Of a stretch of DNA of 64,000 nt, positions 37,401-50,644 are shown one piece after another (position 1 is the stretch's first letter; every line of letters begins with the position of its first letter). The DNA is from Heterodontus francisci. Its lineage: Eukaryota. The notes under the pieces are model-generated. The model was given only the letters and a program-made list of their open reading frames with translations. It was not told where the DNA came from and did no database searches. Position numbers and translations under genes: made by a program. The stretch spans positions 102,819,942-102,883,941 of the forward strand of contig NC_090380.1 in assembly GCF_036365525.1 (NCBI RefSeq), given 5' to 3'.

Positions 37401-38090
37401 CAAAGAACAAAGAACAAAGATAATTACAGCACAGGAACAGGCCCTTCAGCCCTCCAAGCCTGCGCCGATCCAGATCCTCTCTCTAAACATGTCGCCTATT
37501 TTCTAAGGGTCTGTATCTCTTTACTTCCTGCCCATTCATGTATCTGTCTAGATGCATCTTAAAAGACGCCATCATGCCCGCATCTACCACCTCCGCTGGC
37601 AACGCGTTCCAGGCACCCACCACCCTCTGCGTAAAGAACTTTCCACGCATATCCCCCTTAAACTTTTCCCCTTTCACTTTGAACTCGTGTCCTCTAGTAA
37701 TTGAATCCCCCACCCTGGGAAAAAGCCTCTTGCTATCCACCCTGTCTATACCTCTCATGATTTTGTACACCTCAATCAGGTCCCCCCTCAACCTCCGTCT
37801 TTTTAATGAAAATAATCCTAATCTACTCAACCTCTCTTCATAGCTAGCGCCCTCCATACCAGGCAACATCCTGGTGAACCTCCTCTGCACCCTCTCCAAA
37901 GCATCCACATCCTTTTGGTAATGTGGCGACCAGAACTGCACGCAGTATTCCAAATGTGGCCGAACCAAAGTCCTATACAACTGTAACATGACCTGCCAAC
38001 CCTTGTACTCAATACCCCGTCCGATGAAGGAAAGCATGCCGTATGCCTTCTTGACCACTCTATTGACCTGCGTTGCCACCTTCAGGGAAC
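37400..38090 (-). mobile_element. Young CR1 3' fragment
   Basis: Uninterrupted ~200-aa ORF2 C-terminus; tail (tctttgt)n; near-identical to 44707-45257 and 3700-3950. Confidence 0.95.
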
Positions 38091-38906
38091 TGTGTCCGCT
38101 TCCTTGGCAAAGACAGGTTAAAGTGCTCATTTAGTACCTTAGCCATGCCTTCTGCTTCCATGTGTAGGCCTCACTTTGATCCCTAATCAGCTCCACCCCT
38201 CCTCTTACTGCCCTTTACTACTTATTGAATAACCAACAGCCTATAAGAACAAACCAGTAACTAACCTGTATGGATTGGATGTGCCCTTTAAATAGCACTG
38301 CTACAGGATCCTTACTGTCAGTTAGTGCCACAATTGGCTGAGTGAGTTTATCACAGGATTAGAGAGGCACTGGGAACGATTTTCACTAGAGTGCTACAAC
38401 AAGCATAAAACCCTCATTCAAATATTATAATGAGCATTATTAAGAATTTCGGTACACAATGGAGGAGACTGATCCGATATGGCAGCTGTGTACTTCTGGT
38501 GCGGAATTAGTATGTGTATGCCGCCAGTCATATTGGATTCCAATGGGCCTGATTTGCACCATAAAATGGTGTAGCATGATCGATATTCTAGGACTTTGTT
38601 ACTTCCTTGTCTCTATCCAATTTCTATTGCTGACAGACTTGCTGAGATACTGGTATGCACTGTTCAATACTTGCCTGCCACTCTGAGAGATGTGATTCAT
38701 CTTGTTAATTTAACATTTGGCCATGCATGAATAGAACGGAGTATTTCTCTTTCATTTTCTCTGTTGCAGAAATGGACCAGCAAGGAATTGTTAGCCTTCC
38801 AGCATTGACAATTGAGTGTTAGTGAAAGTTATTATTATAGTTCTTTCAATAATCTAGATTTTTCTTATTTCAGCCACGACCTTTGAGATGAGACTTCTTG
38901 TACATC

Positions 38907-38952
38907 ATGGGAACTGTCAGAACAATTCTGAAGTTATTTAGCATATCTTTGG
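38907..38952 (+). CDS. IGSF5: IGSF5/JAM4-like gene, signal-peptide exon (exon probably starts at 38874)
   Basis: Acceptor ttttcttatttcag (AG 38872-73); strong Kozak atcATGg at 38907; MGTVRTILKLFSISL then phase-1 donor G|GTGAGT at 38952/3. Splices in frame to 49262 to give MGTVRTILKLFSISLGMCLSA-RIIEGP, a plausible signal peptide. Confidence 0.72.
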
Positions 38953-39294
38953 GTGAGTAAACTACATAATAGTGAGCACTTTACAATAAGATGTAACTGT
39001 AGTGAAAACTTGTTTTATATTTATATTTCTACTCTCCCATCTGATTTTCTCCCTCTTTCCTCCAGTCATGCCCTCCAATTCCCCCTGCCCCCACCCCCAC
39101 CCCCACCCCCACCCCTACTAAGTAACTGTTTTTCAGATGTGACTCTAGATAGTGAATGCCAGCAGCTTGCGTTAGAGGAGGGCATCAGAGCTGAGTTCAA
39201 ACCTGTCCACGCATGTGCCATTTAAACAGGAATCATTGGGCATTGATCCGAATTGAGATCCCTGTTGATTTTCCCTTCCCTACTCCAGGACAGT

Positions 39295-39640
39295 AAAGAA
39301 AGGAAAGAACTTGCATTTATACAGAGTTTTTCACAACTTCAGAATCTGCCAAAGTTCTTTACAGCCAATGAACTGCTTTTGAAGTGTAGTCACTGTTGTA
39401 ATGTAGGAAATGCAGCAGCCAATTTGCATGTAGCGCGATCCCACAAACAGCAATAGGATAATGATGAGATAATCTGATTTAGTGACGTTGGGTGAGGGAT
39501 AAATATTGGTCATGACATTGGGCCATAACTCCCCTGCTCTTCTTCAAATAGTGGCATGGGATCTGCTATGCTCACTGAGAGTTTGACACTTCAGTTGAAA
39601 GACGACAGCACCTCTGATACTGCAGAACTCCCTCAGTACA
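39295..39640 (-). mobile_element. SacSINE1-like DeuSINE
   Basis: Reverse complement of the 11888-12336 family. Confidence 0.75.
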
Positions 39641-39876
39641 GCTTAGGGCGCTGACTTAAAATGCAATATTATGCAAAGCACCTGGAATTGTATTTTTAAA
39701 TTATATGAGTATTTGTATAAATTTGGCTGCTGATATCGAAGATGCAAAATTTCAACCCTCAGAACTTTAGTCTGAAAATTCAGGCCAATGAGTTACAGGA
39801 GAACTTTTTTGAACAATCAGTAGATGCATGTCCTCTGCTAGCCTTCCAGAAACTGGATACATTTTATTACTCTTTA

Positions 39877-40232
39877 CACAGTGGCTCAGTGGTTAGCACC
39901 GCAGCCTCACAGCTCCAGCGACCCGGGTTCAATTCTGGGTACTGCCTGTGTGGAGATTGCAAGTTCTCCCTGTGTCTGCGTGGGTTTCCTCCGGGTGCTC
40001 CGGTTTCCTCCCACAGCCAAAAGACTTGCAGGTTGGTAGGTAAATTGGCCATTATAAATTGCCCCTAGTATAGGTAGGTGGTAGGGAAATATAGGGACAG
40101 GTGGGGATGTGGTAGGAATATGGGATTAGTATAAATGTATAGAGCGTAAGATTAGTATAAATGGGTGGTTGATGGTCGGCACAGACTCGGTGGGCTAAAG
40201 AGCCTGTTTCAGTGCTGTATCTCTGAACTAAA
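39877..40232 (+). mobile_element. HE1-type V-SINE
   Basis: Same as the other HE1 copies. Confidence 0.9.
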
Positions 40233-40364
40233 ATGGATTGTCAGGCTTCAGATGTATACTTTTGCTTTGTATTGCCAATGATCAGACTTGTAACAGCCAA
40301 GTGGACTGTCAGCTATGCAGACCAGCTATGCAGACCAGTAAATGGCAAAGAAATTCAGATTCAA

Positions 40365-40860
40365 GAACATAAGAAATAGGAGCAGGAGTAGACATATGGT
40401 CCCTTGAGACTGCCCTGCTATTGAATACAATCATGGTTGATATTCTGCCTCAACTCCACTTTCTTGTCCACTTCCCATATCCTTTGATTCCCTGGGACAG
40501 CAACAATCCGTTCATCCCGGCCTTGAATATACTCAATGATGGAATATCCACAACCCTCTGGGGAACAGCATTCTCATAATTCACAACCTTCTGAGGGAAG
40601 AAATTTCTCCTCATCCCAGTTCTAGATGATTGACTCCTTATCCTGAGACTGTGCCCCCATGTTCTAGATTCCCTAGCCGGGGGAAACAGTCTCTCAATAT
40701 CTACCCTGTAAACCACCTCAAAGTCTTGTATGTTTCAATAAGATCACCTCTCATTCTCCTAAACTCCAGAGAGTATAGGCCCAATTTACTCAGCCTCTTA
40801 TCATAGGACAACCCTCTCATTCCAGGAACCATCTAGTGACCCTTCGCTGTACCACCTCCA
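40365..40860 (-). mobile_element. CR1 3' fragment
   Basis: ERLFP..ESRTWGHSLRIR..MRRNFF; tail aagaacataagaaatagg. Confidence 0.88.
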
Positions 40861-41059
40861 AGTATATTCAGGCAGACTGGCTGCTATTAGATGCAAAGCC
40901 ATCTCAAACAATTGGCAGGCATTGGAGGTATGGCTACCAATGGACTAGTACACTCCATCCCAACAGGCCAACAGGTCTACACCTGCCCTAAGTAAACATA
41001 GGCCTAACACTGGATTATCAGAAAACAAAGCAGCCATGTTCCCACCCCCTCCCCAGATA

Positions 41060-41275
41060 CTGTGTAACTCGGTGGGTTCGTCACTGGCCTTTCGGCTCTC
41101 ATCTGAGTCAACATCCAGTTTAGACTGATGAGATGAAAGTCTCTATAACCTGGCTGTTAGGGCCCTATGTGAACTAAACGTTGACTGCCTCAACCTAGTG
41201 ATTATAGGTCTGTGGCTCTTAAATGGCTATGTCACTCTGACAGATCTAAGAGTACATTGGCGGAGGGTGTGGGTT
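41060..41275 (+). mobile_element. Decayed LF-SINE-related element (tentative)
   Basis: cactggcctttc..atccag..gaaagtc..ggctgttagggccctatgtgaa..acattggcggagggtgtggg resembles remembered LF-SINE blocks in the same order. Confidence 0.4.
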
Positions 41276-41907
41276 GAGGGGGATGGTGGTGGGGATTATT
41301 AGCCAAAAGAATGTACGGGTTTGGGTTGGGTGGAGATGTTAAAATCTTAAAAATTAGATTCTCATCTCGCCTGCCTCCAACCAGTCCATTTCTGGCCTTA
41401 TCTCAGGCGAGAAGATGGGATGGACGACCAACCTATTCCAAGGAGGAGGGTTGCCATTTTAAATAGGCCCAAAAAGAAAGAAAAAGAAGAGCCTCATTGT
41501 CATTCAGCTTTTCAAATTTAACTGTTGTCGGTTGGGTTTTCCAAGCTACTGAGAACTTGGCAGATATATCCAGGCAAGGCCTTGGCAGATCCAGGAAGTC
41601 AGTGCCTTATACCTACCTCCTGGATCCAGTGTGCCTGCCTGAGGGACCCCTTACGAGGTCACTTCCCCCAAACCTCCCCACCAAAGCCCCCATTCCCCCC
41701 CTCCTCAAACACCCCCACTGGGGACTCTGATAGTCCCCATCTGACCTCCCACCACACTAGGCCTCCAACCTCGCCCCCAGGCTTCCGATCCACACCACCC
41801 CTGTACAAGGCTTCTGATCTCTACTCTAACCACCCACAGGCCTCTGATCTGCCCCAGGCCTCTGTTCCCTCCCAAGGCCTCCAGCCTCCCCAACAGACTT
41901 CTGATTC

Positions 41908-42180
41908 AATAAAAGCAAAATACTGCAGATGCTGGAAATCTGAAATAAAAACAAGAAATGCTGGAACCACTCAGCAGGTCTGGCAGCATCTGTGAAAAGA
42001 GAAGCAGAGTTAACGTTTCGGCTCAGTGACCCTTCTTCGGAACTGACAAATATTAGAAAAGTCACAGGTTATAAGCAAGTGAGGTGGGGGTGGGGCAAGA
42101 GATAACAAAGGAGAAGGTGTAGATTGGACAAGGCCACATAGTCGACCAAAAGGTCATGGAGCAAAGGCAAACAATATGTT
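41908..42180 (-). mobile_element. Penelope-like 3' fragment with 13-bp TSD
   Basis: AGACTTCTGATTC at 41895-907 and 42181-93; contains the hammerhead-like motif. Confidence 0.85.
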
Positions 42181-42844
42181 AGACTTCTGATTCTCCTTCT
42201 TGCGACTGATTGCTTCCCCCCTCCGCTTCCCAGGATCAACCCCCTCTTACCCCATGGAAATACCCCTGAAATCGAAGCCCCCACCACCCTCCTGGATTGA
42301 CCACAGCTTAGACTTCATCCATCACCCCCAACTAAAACAGGCTCGAACGTACCAGGTCCTGTGTCCTCCACCAACCGGTTCCCTGTCCAACTGGAAGCCA
42401 AGCCTATTAATCAAGGCGGCTTACAGGAAGCGAACCAATTGATGATGTGCAGTTAAAACTCCAGGGCGTGCCGGGAATCCTGACTTGCGGTTTCCCTTTT
42501 CCGACACACTTGCTCCTGGCGGATAAAAATAAGTAAATGTCCAGGCCTTGGTCTGGGAAATGACCACAAACACCACACTAGAGCAACAAAAGGTGTCCTT
42601 CTGAGATTGGGATTAGACACATTGTTGGCACAGAGAATATGGAGCTTTGCTCTGCAACTCTCTGTGCTAAATCTGACTTGGAAGTGCCTGATGCTGACTG
42701 GGAAATAGGAAGAATTATTCATTTCCATAAAATCAAAATAAATATGAACATCCAACTTTCATCTCCGATTTAACACTAAAGATTCAGACTTTGACACCAC
42801 AACAAAAATTCTCAATTGGAAAAGTCAACTTTAATGGTTATGTA

Positions 42845-43780
42845 AGAACGTAAAAAAGTAGGAGTAGGCCATTCTGTCCCTCAACCCTACTCCATCATTC
42901 AATACGATCATGGCTGATCTTCCACCTCAGTTACACCTTCCCGCACTATCCCCATCTCCCTTGTTTCCCTTCTGCTGAGACTGTGACCTCTAATTCTAGA
43001 CTCCCCAGCCAGGGGAAACATCCTCCCGGCATCTACCCTGTCAAGTTCCTTAAGGATTTTATGTTTCAATGAGATCACCTCTCATTCTTCTACATTTTGG
43101 AGAATATAGGCCTAGTCTACTCAATCTCTCCTCAAAAAACAATCCCCTCATTTCAGAAAAATGCCTAGTGAAACTTGGTTGCATTTTCTCCAATGGAAGT
43201 ATATCTTTCTTCAGGTAGGGAGACCAAACTGTACACATTACTCCATTTTCAGCCCTGTATGGATGCTGGCCACCGGCCAGTGTGCCAGTTTCCTGGCATG
43301 ATCCCGCCCCTGGGCCATTTTCCTGGAGGCAGGATGGTGGTCGGCAGGGGCCAATGAATGGGAATTGATGGCCTTTTAAGACCTATTGTCAGAGGCCAAC
43401 TGGAATTTTCCAGTAAGCTTGCGGACCCCCTGCAGTTTCAGGGACCAGGCCAACTACCTGGAGGTGGTCTCCCAGTGGCAAACAGGGGGACCAGCTTCAA
43501 GAGCCCGCCTGCCATTTCTTAAGTGGACTGTGAGCCTGCCCTCTAGTCACTGATTGTCCAGTTCAGGGAAAATCACTGCTGCGTGACTGTATCCCACACA
43601 CTGTGGGGTCGTGACATCCATTTGACCTTGATGCTGGGATCCCAATCCAAACCCAAAGTCCTGCCGCAGCTGTTGGCTCACCAAGAAGCTATATAATTGC
43701 AGTCAGAATTCTTTACTCTTATACTCCAATATCTTTGTAATACAGGTTAACATACCATTTGCTTTCCTAATTGCTTGTTG
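42845..43780 (-). mobile_element. CR1 3' fragment split by an unclassified GC-rich insertion (~43255-43670)
   Basis: Tail aagaacgtaaaaaagtaggagtaggcc; CR1 resumes at taccatttgctttcctaatt. Confidence 0.75.
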
Positions 43781-43789
43781 TACCAGAAC

Positions 43790-46700
43790 AAAGCAACAGA
43801 CAGAAATCAGTCAGCTGCTACAGAAGGAAGAGCAAATGGGTTGACAAAAAAAGCTATCCAGCTACTATTGCAGTGCATGCCAGCCAATATTGGGTCTATA
43901 TTCATCCAACAGCACTGGCAGGCATTGCAGACCAGAGACAGAGCGAGAGAAAGAAGAACAGGGTGGGAGCAGAGGTTTAAAAAGTGCGCCAAAAGCACAG
44001 AGTCGGAGACTGAAGATAGAGCGAGAGAGAAAGGAGCACGGCGGGAGCAGAGCAGGGAAAAATTGAAACGTGACATCAGAGTGACGTCACAATCAATAGT
44101 GAGAGCAGGGAAACAGAGAGCCGCCGGGGTGAGTATACAGGTAAGCTTTTAATTTAATTTAATTTAGTTTAAATCAAACATCACAGGCAAGCAGGTAGGT
44201 GATTGGTTTGGGAAGAAGCCACCTGTTTTGTAAGTATCTGGTAAGTGATTAAGGCCCATTCTAATCCTAATGTTTAAAATAGTAAAGGAACTAGTATGCT
44301 AGTGGTAAGCTTAATAAAATATATAAAAAAAGGAAAATAAAATAAATAATTGAATAAAATAATTAAATCATTAATTAAAACACATTAAGGATGGCAGGAC
44401 AGGTGATGTGTCACGGCTACAGCATGTGGGAGCTCCTGGATGCCAGTGTGATCCAGGACAAACAGTAAGTGTTTGCAGCTCGAAGAGCTTCGGCTCAGAG
44501 TCATTGAACTGGAGTCCGAGCTGCAGACACTGCGACACATCAGGGAGGGGGAAAGATACCTGGACATTTTGTACCAGGAGGCAGTCACACTCCTTAGGAT
44601 AGGGTCTTCTGATTTGGTCAGTGGTCAGGGACAGGAGATGTGGCTGCAGCTGAAGCAGGTAAGGGGACCTAGAGGGCAGGAGTGCAGGAGCCTCAGCCTT
44701 TGTGATTGTTCAGTTGCAGTGCAGTTCTGGTCGCCACATTACCAAAAGGATGTAGATGCTTTGGAGAGGGTGCAGAGGAGGTTCACCAGGATGTTGCCTG
44801 GTATGGAGGGCGCTAGCTATGAAGAGAGGTTGAGTAGATTAGGATTATTTTCATTAGAAAGACGGAGGTTGAGGGGGGACCTGATTGAGGTGTACAAAAT
44901 CATGAGAGGTATAGACAGGGTGGATAGCAAGAAGCTTTTTCTCAGAGTGGGGGATTCAATTACTAGGGGTCACGAGTTCAAAGTGAGAGGGGAAAAGTTT
45001 AGGGGGGATATGCGTGGAAAGTTCTTTACGCAGCGGGTGGTGGGTGCCTGGAACGCGTTGCCAGCGGAGGTGGTAGACGTGGGCACGATAGCGTCTTTTA
45101 AGATGTATCTAAACAGATACATGAATGGGCAGGAAGCAAAGAGGTACAGACCCTTAGAAAATAGGCAACAGGTTTAGATAGAGGATCTGGATCGGCGCAG
45201 GCTTGGAGGGCCGAAGGGCCTGTTCCTGTGCTGTAATTTTCTTTGTTCTTTGTTCTTCAACAGGTTTGAGGTTCTTTCAGCTCGTTTGGATGAGAATGGG
45301 GGCTGCAGGGTGGATGAGCAACCTGACCATGACACCATGGTACAGGAAGCCATTCAAGTGGAGGGAGAAAAAAGGAATGTAGTGGTAGTAGGGGGAAAGT
45401 ATAGTTAGGGGGAATGACACTGTTCTCTGCAGCAAAGAGCAAGAGTCCAGGTGGCTGTGTTGCCTGCCCGGTGCCAGGGTTCGGGACATCTGCACAGGGC
45501 TGGTGATAAATTTACAGTGGGAGCGGGAGGATCCAGTCATCGTGGTCCATGTAGGTACCAACGACATAGGCAGGACAAGGAAAGAGGTTCTGCATAGTCA
45601 GCATCAGGAACTAGGCGGCAAATTAAGAAGCAGAACCTCAAAGGTAATAATCTCTGGATTATTACTTGAGCCACGTGCAAATTGGCATAGTGCAAATAAG
45701 ATCAGAGAAATACATGCATGGCTTGAAGACTTGTGTGGTAGAAGTGAGTTCCGGTTCATGGGGCACTAGCACTAGTACTGGGGAAAATGGTGGCTGTGCT
45801 GTTGGGACGGTCTACGCCTGAATTGTGCTGGTGCCGGTGTTCTAGCGAGCTGCATAACTAGGGAAGTAGAGAGGGTTTTAAACTGAATCGTGGGTCAAGG
45901 GAACAAATTTGGGAAGATATGGTAAATCAAGGAGTAGAGACAAGGCAAGAGAGAAAGGCATTAATATGGGAAATGATAAACAGACTGTGACAGGAAGGGA
46001 CAGAGCGTACAAATTTAAGAGTAAATCAACAGATAGAGGCTAGAGGTTACAAAAATAATAAAAGGACAAAACTAAAGGCTCTGTATCTGAATGCACGTGG
46101 CAATTGAAACAACAGAGATGAACTGAGAGTGCAAATAGAAATAAATAAGTACAATCTGATAGCCATTACAGACTTGTCTGCAGGATGACATAGATTGGGA
46201 CCTGAATACTGAAGGGCGCATGGCACTTAGGAAGGGCAGGAAGCTATGAAAAGGTGGAGGGGTAGCTCTGTTAATTAATGATGGTATTAGCGCAATAGAG
46301 AGGGATGACCTAGGTTCAGGAAACCAGGATGTAGATACAGTTTGGGTAAAGATGAGAAATTGTAAAGTCAAGAAGTCACTTGTGGGTGTGGTGTACAGGC
46401 CACCTAACATTAACCACACTGCAGGACAGGGTATAAAGGAAGAAATAATGGCAGCTTGTCAGAATATAAAAAACAGCAAAGAATTACTAAAGGAATGATA
46501 GCGAACGTAAAATTAGAGTACGAGAGAAAGCTAGCTAGAAATTTAAAGACAGATAGTAAGAATTTCTATAGATATTTTAAAAAGAAAAGAGTTAACAAAG
46601 TGAGTGTTGGTCTTATAAAAAGTGAGTCTGGGGAATTAATAATGAATAATAAAGACATGGCAGATGAATTAAACAGATATTTTGCATCGGTCTTCACTAT

Positions 46701-48365
46701 TGAGGATACCAGTACCATCACAGTATTAGTTGTAAGTCAGGAAATGGAAGGGAGGGAGGAACTCAAGAAAATGACAATCACCAGGGAAGTGGTACTGAAC
46801 AAATTGTTGGAACTGTGAGCTGACAAGTCCCCGGGTCCTGATGGACTTCATCCTAGGGTGTTAAAAGAAGTGGCTAGTGAGATAGTTGCTGCATTAGTTT
46901 TAATTTTCCAAAATTCCCTAGATTCGGGGAAGGTTCTGTCAGATTGGAAAATAGCAAATTTAACTCCTTTATTCAAAAAGGAAGGGAGACAGAGAACAGG
47001 AAACGACAGGCCAGTTAGCTTAACATCTGTCTTAGGGAAAATGTTAGAAGCTATTATTAAAGACGGTATCGCAGGGCATCTAGAAAAATTCAAGGTAATC
47101 AGGCAGAGTCAACATGGTTTTGTGAAAGGGAAATCATGTTTAACCAATTTATTGGAGTTCTTTGAGGGAGCTACATGTGCTGTGGCTAAAGGGGAACCGG
47201 TGGATGTATTGTACTTAAGATTTCCAGAAGGCATTTGATAAGGTGCCACATCAAAGGTTATTTAAGAAAATAAAAGCTCATAGTGTAGCGGGTGACATAT
47301 TGGCATGGACAGAAGATTGGCTAGCTAACAGGAAACAGAGAGTAGGCATAAATGAGTCATTTTCTGTTAGGCACAGTGTAACGAGTGATGTGCCACAACC
47401 TTTTGCCATTTATATAAATGACGTAGATGAAGAGACTGAAGGTATGGTTGCTAAACTTGCTGATGATACAAAGATAGGTAGGAAAGTAACTTGTGAAGAG
47501 GACATCAGGGATATAGATAGGTTAAGTGAATGGGCAAAGACCTGGCAAATGGAGTATATTGAGGGAAAGTGGGAAATTGCCCACTTTGGCAGGAAGAATA
47601 AAAAAGAAGCATATTATCTAAATGGTGAGAAGTTGCAGAGCTCTGAGATGCAGAGGGATCTGGGTGTCCTAGAGCATGAATTGCAAAAGGTTAGTATGCA
47701 GGTACAGCATGTAATTAGGAAAGCTAATAGAATGTTATGAATGCGAGGGGAATTGAATACAAAATAAGGGAGGTTGTGCTTCAGCTATACAGGACATTGG
47801 TGAGACCACATCTGGAGTACTGTGTACTGTATTGGTCTCCTTGCTTAAGGAAGGATGTAAATGCATTAGAGGCAGTACAGAGAAGGTTTACTAGACTAAT
47901 ACCTGGAATGGCAGGCTGTCTTTTCAGAAAAGATTGGACAGGCTTTGCTTATATCTGCTGGAATTTAGAAGAGTAAGAGGCGACTTGATTGAAACATATT
48001 AGATCCTGAGGGGTTTTGACAGGGTGGATGTGGAAAGGATGTTTCCCCTTGTGGGAGCATGTAGAACTAGGGGTCACTGTTTAAAAATAAGGGGTTTCCC
48101 ATTTAAGACAGAGCTGAGGAGAAATTTTTTCTCTCAGAGGGTCATGAGTCTTTGGAATTCTCTTCCTCAAAAGGTGGTGGAAGCAGAGTCTTTGAAGTTT
48201 TTTAAGGCGGAGGTAGATAGATTCTTGATAAGCAAGGGGGTGGAGGGTTATCGGGGGTAGGTGGAAGTGTGGAATAATCAGTTCAGCCATGAACTTATTG
48301 AATGGCTGAGCAGGCTCGAAGGGCCGAGTGGCCTACTCCTGCTCCTAATTCATAAGCTCGTATGC
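43790..48365 (+). mobile_element. Near full-length CR1 (5' UTR, ORF1 with Cys motif, leucine zipper and esterase, ORF2), decayed, internal deletion at ~46460
   Basis: MAGQVMC..SKCLQLEELRLRVIELESELQTL; VVHVGTNDIG; RPVSLTS, QHGF, LADDTK; tail at ~48350. Confidence 0.92.
44707..45257 (+). mobile_element. Young CR1 3' fragment nested in ORF1 of the 43790 CR1
   Basis: Explains the chimeric ORF 44473..45177; host resumes caacaggtttgaggtt. Confidence 0.92.
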
Positions 48366-49261
48366 TTGTGTTCCTACAATTAGACTACCATGAACCCAAC
48401 AGACTTTTTGGGGTCTTTTTCATAAAGATATTGTGGATGTGGAGAGAGTTATATTGTCTATATGTGGGTTGACTTTTTTTTAAAAACAGAGCATACCAAC
48501 CTGAGCCAATCTGGACAGAGCCATATTCCGATTTTTTTTCTTATTGCTAAATATCTAAGTCATCCCAATTGTGACTGGCATTTCAAATGTGGTGATTTTC
48601 AGCCTGTATCTCTCCTGCACAGCCATAACATCACTTGTTATTTCCAAGGTGACATTGTGCGCACATTTTACCCAGATGTTCCCTGTCTGCCATCCTGGGT
48701 AAGGACAAGTAAGAGGTGTCGCCAATCCAGGCCATGGCCCCGATTCCTGACAACATGTGCCTGAGGGCTGCAGCGACCTTAGCAGCGGCCCAAACTTGGA
48801 ATCCTCTTCACAGACGGGTTCTTGCCACCTCCGGCAATATTGAAATGAGGCCCAAGGATCAGGAGAGCATCTGGCCTCAACATTCAGACACAAGGGCTGT
48901 GAACTGTGTCCACACACCCTGTGCACCAAAAACTGGCTATAGCCCAATTTCCATGCCATGTGTGAATTAGTTTGAGGCAGACTTTTTTTTAAAAAGAAAA
49001 CAATCTCACTTATCCCATACTAAGCTGCACTACACAGGAGGCACACAGCAGAGTCCTGCTTAGACTCACATCCCATTTGAAGTCTTTAACATACCGAATC
49101 CAAATGCTGTGTCCTCCCAGTGATGCAAATGTATGAGTACAACACTACTATGTAGCACTCGAAAGCCAAGAGGCTTTTCATTGCCAAGTTTCTCCTTCAA
49201 GGCACAATTAATTGCTCAGCTCAATGTTACTTTTATCTAATATCAACTATTTTCCTTTTAG

Positions 49262-49576
49262 GTATGTGTTTATCTGCCAGAATCATAGAAGGTCCTAAAA
49301 CTGCCTTCGTTTTGCTTAACACCGATGCTACATTCAACTGCACAGTGTCTCGGCCTTGGTCTATTATTATCTGGATAATGAATAAGACACCTGTCCTTAC
49401 TGTAGTACAAGATGGACCAGTGATTACAGACCCTCAGTTTGGACAACGCAATTATACAACTGGAAATACATTTACTTCAGAACTTATCATCTCAGCAGTG
49501 ACCTTGAAAAACAATGCGACTGTGATGTGCAGTCTCCAAACCGATGGAAGTCAACAGGCAGATTTGTTTGTGCAAG
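49262..49576 (+). CDS. IGSF5: IGSF5/JAM4-like gene, first Ig domain exon
   Basis: Acceptor ttttcctttta g|, donor CAAG|GTCAGT, phase 1-1. IIEGP..ATFNCTVSRPWSIIIW..PVITDPQF..GNTFTSELII..VMCSLQ closely resembles mammalian IGSF5 D1 as I recall it (IIEGPQN..ARFNCTVSQGWKLIMW..PIITNDRF..NFTSEMII..CSLQ). Ig Cys-Trp-Cys core present. Confidence 0.9.
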
Positions 49577-49721
49577 GTCAGTGTATTTCTTTATTTAAAA
49601 ATCAGGGACTTAAGTTATGGGGAGAGGATAGGGATGGTGGGATTGTTCTCCTTAGAGCAGAGAAGGTTAAGAGGAGATTTGATAGAGATGTTCAAAATTA
49701 TTAATTTGATAGAGTAGATAG

Positions 49722-50644
49722 TGTCATGCTGGGCCCCCAACTGCCAAGAATGAGGCATATTAATTTCGCCATTTGGACATTAAATTTCAAATTGTTGCTG
49801 GGAAGAAGAGAAGGCCTGTTACAAAGGCTGCCAGACTTTGATGGAGGACATTTACATACCAATAGGGACAAGAGAGGTTACTTCCTTTAACCAATTTAAC
49901 CCATGATGGACTTTGAGCACCAGACATTGAAGGTGAGGGAGCTCAAATTTCAGGATGATGGCTGGGATAGCCGAATCCACAAACAGATGTGGTCAGTCCA
50001 GCTGGTCACGTGACTAGCCTGCTTGGCAACCTGGTTTTTCTGAATTGTACAAACAGTTTGAACTCAAAGTGTGTCTGTTTGCTCCTGGACTGAAAACCTC
50101 TCTTGGCTGGCTCACCACAGCCTCTCCTGTCTGCTCCCAACTTTTTCTCACGAAACTCCAAATTCACTGAAGACACATGAACCCCAAGACAGAAAAGTCT
50201 CCTACAGTGAAGAAGGTTTAAGAAGAATACTGGGCCCCAACAAAAAGCAAGATCTACCTATAATCAAGGACTCTCCAGTGAACTCAAAGAACCATAACAA
50301 AAACCCTCTTCAGAGATTGCGTCAAACTTTTCCACTTTATTTCTTCTGATCTGTTCGGTCTCTATCTGCATGTGTGTATCGCGTATGCATGCGAGCGTGG
50401 GGCGCGTCATGTATCCATAGGCGTGAACTGAATTAGAGTTTAAGTTTAATTTCAATAAATTTCAACCTTTCTTCTTTAAACCTAAGAAAACCTGTTTGTG
50501 CTGGTTTCTTTGCCTTATAATTGGAGAGTGGTGAACAAGGATTCACCAAGGGGGAGCTAAAAACACAGTGTGTTTAAAATAAAACCCTGTTACAGTAAGA
50601 CCAGGTGAAGGCTGAAAGGGAACCCTAGACACCAGGTCATAACA
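49722..50644 (+). mobile_element. Solo LTR inside an old CR1 fragment (49600-50955)
   Basis: TGTCATG...CATAACA ends; near-TSD ATAG/ATAA; AATAAA at ~50454; CR1 is continuous across it. Confidence 0.85.

Noticed and set aside
38459-38686. Hydrophobic ORF (MIDILGLCYFLVSIQFLLL) as an alternative signal-peptide exon
   Set aside because: 38907-38952 has a stronger Kozak and a canonical G|GTGAGT donor and fits better; this ORF has no clear exon boundaries.
38953-39225. Polyproline ORF
   Set aside because: Produced by a (CCCCCA)n tract in intron sequence just after a splice donor.
44473-45177. 234-aa ORF joining a leucine zipper to an RT C-terminus
   Set aside because: Accidental fusion from a young CR1 inserted into ORF1 of an older CR1.
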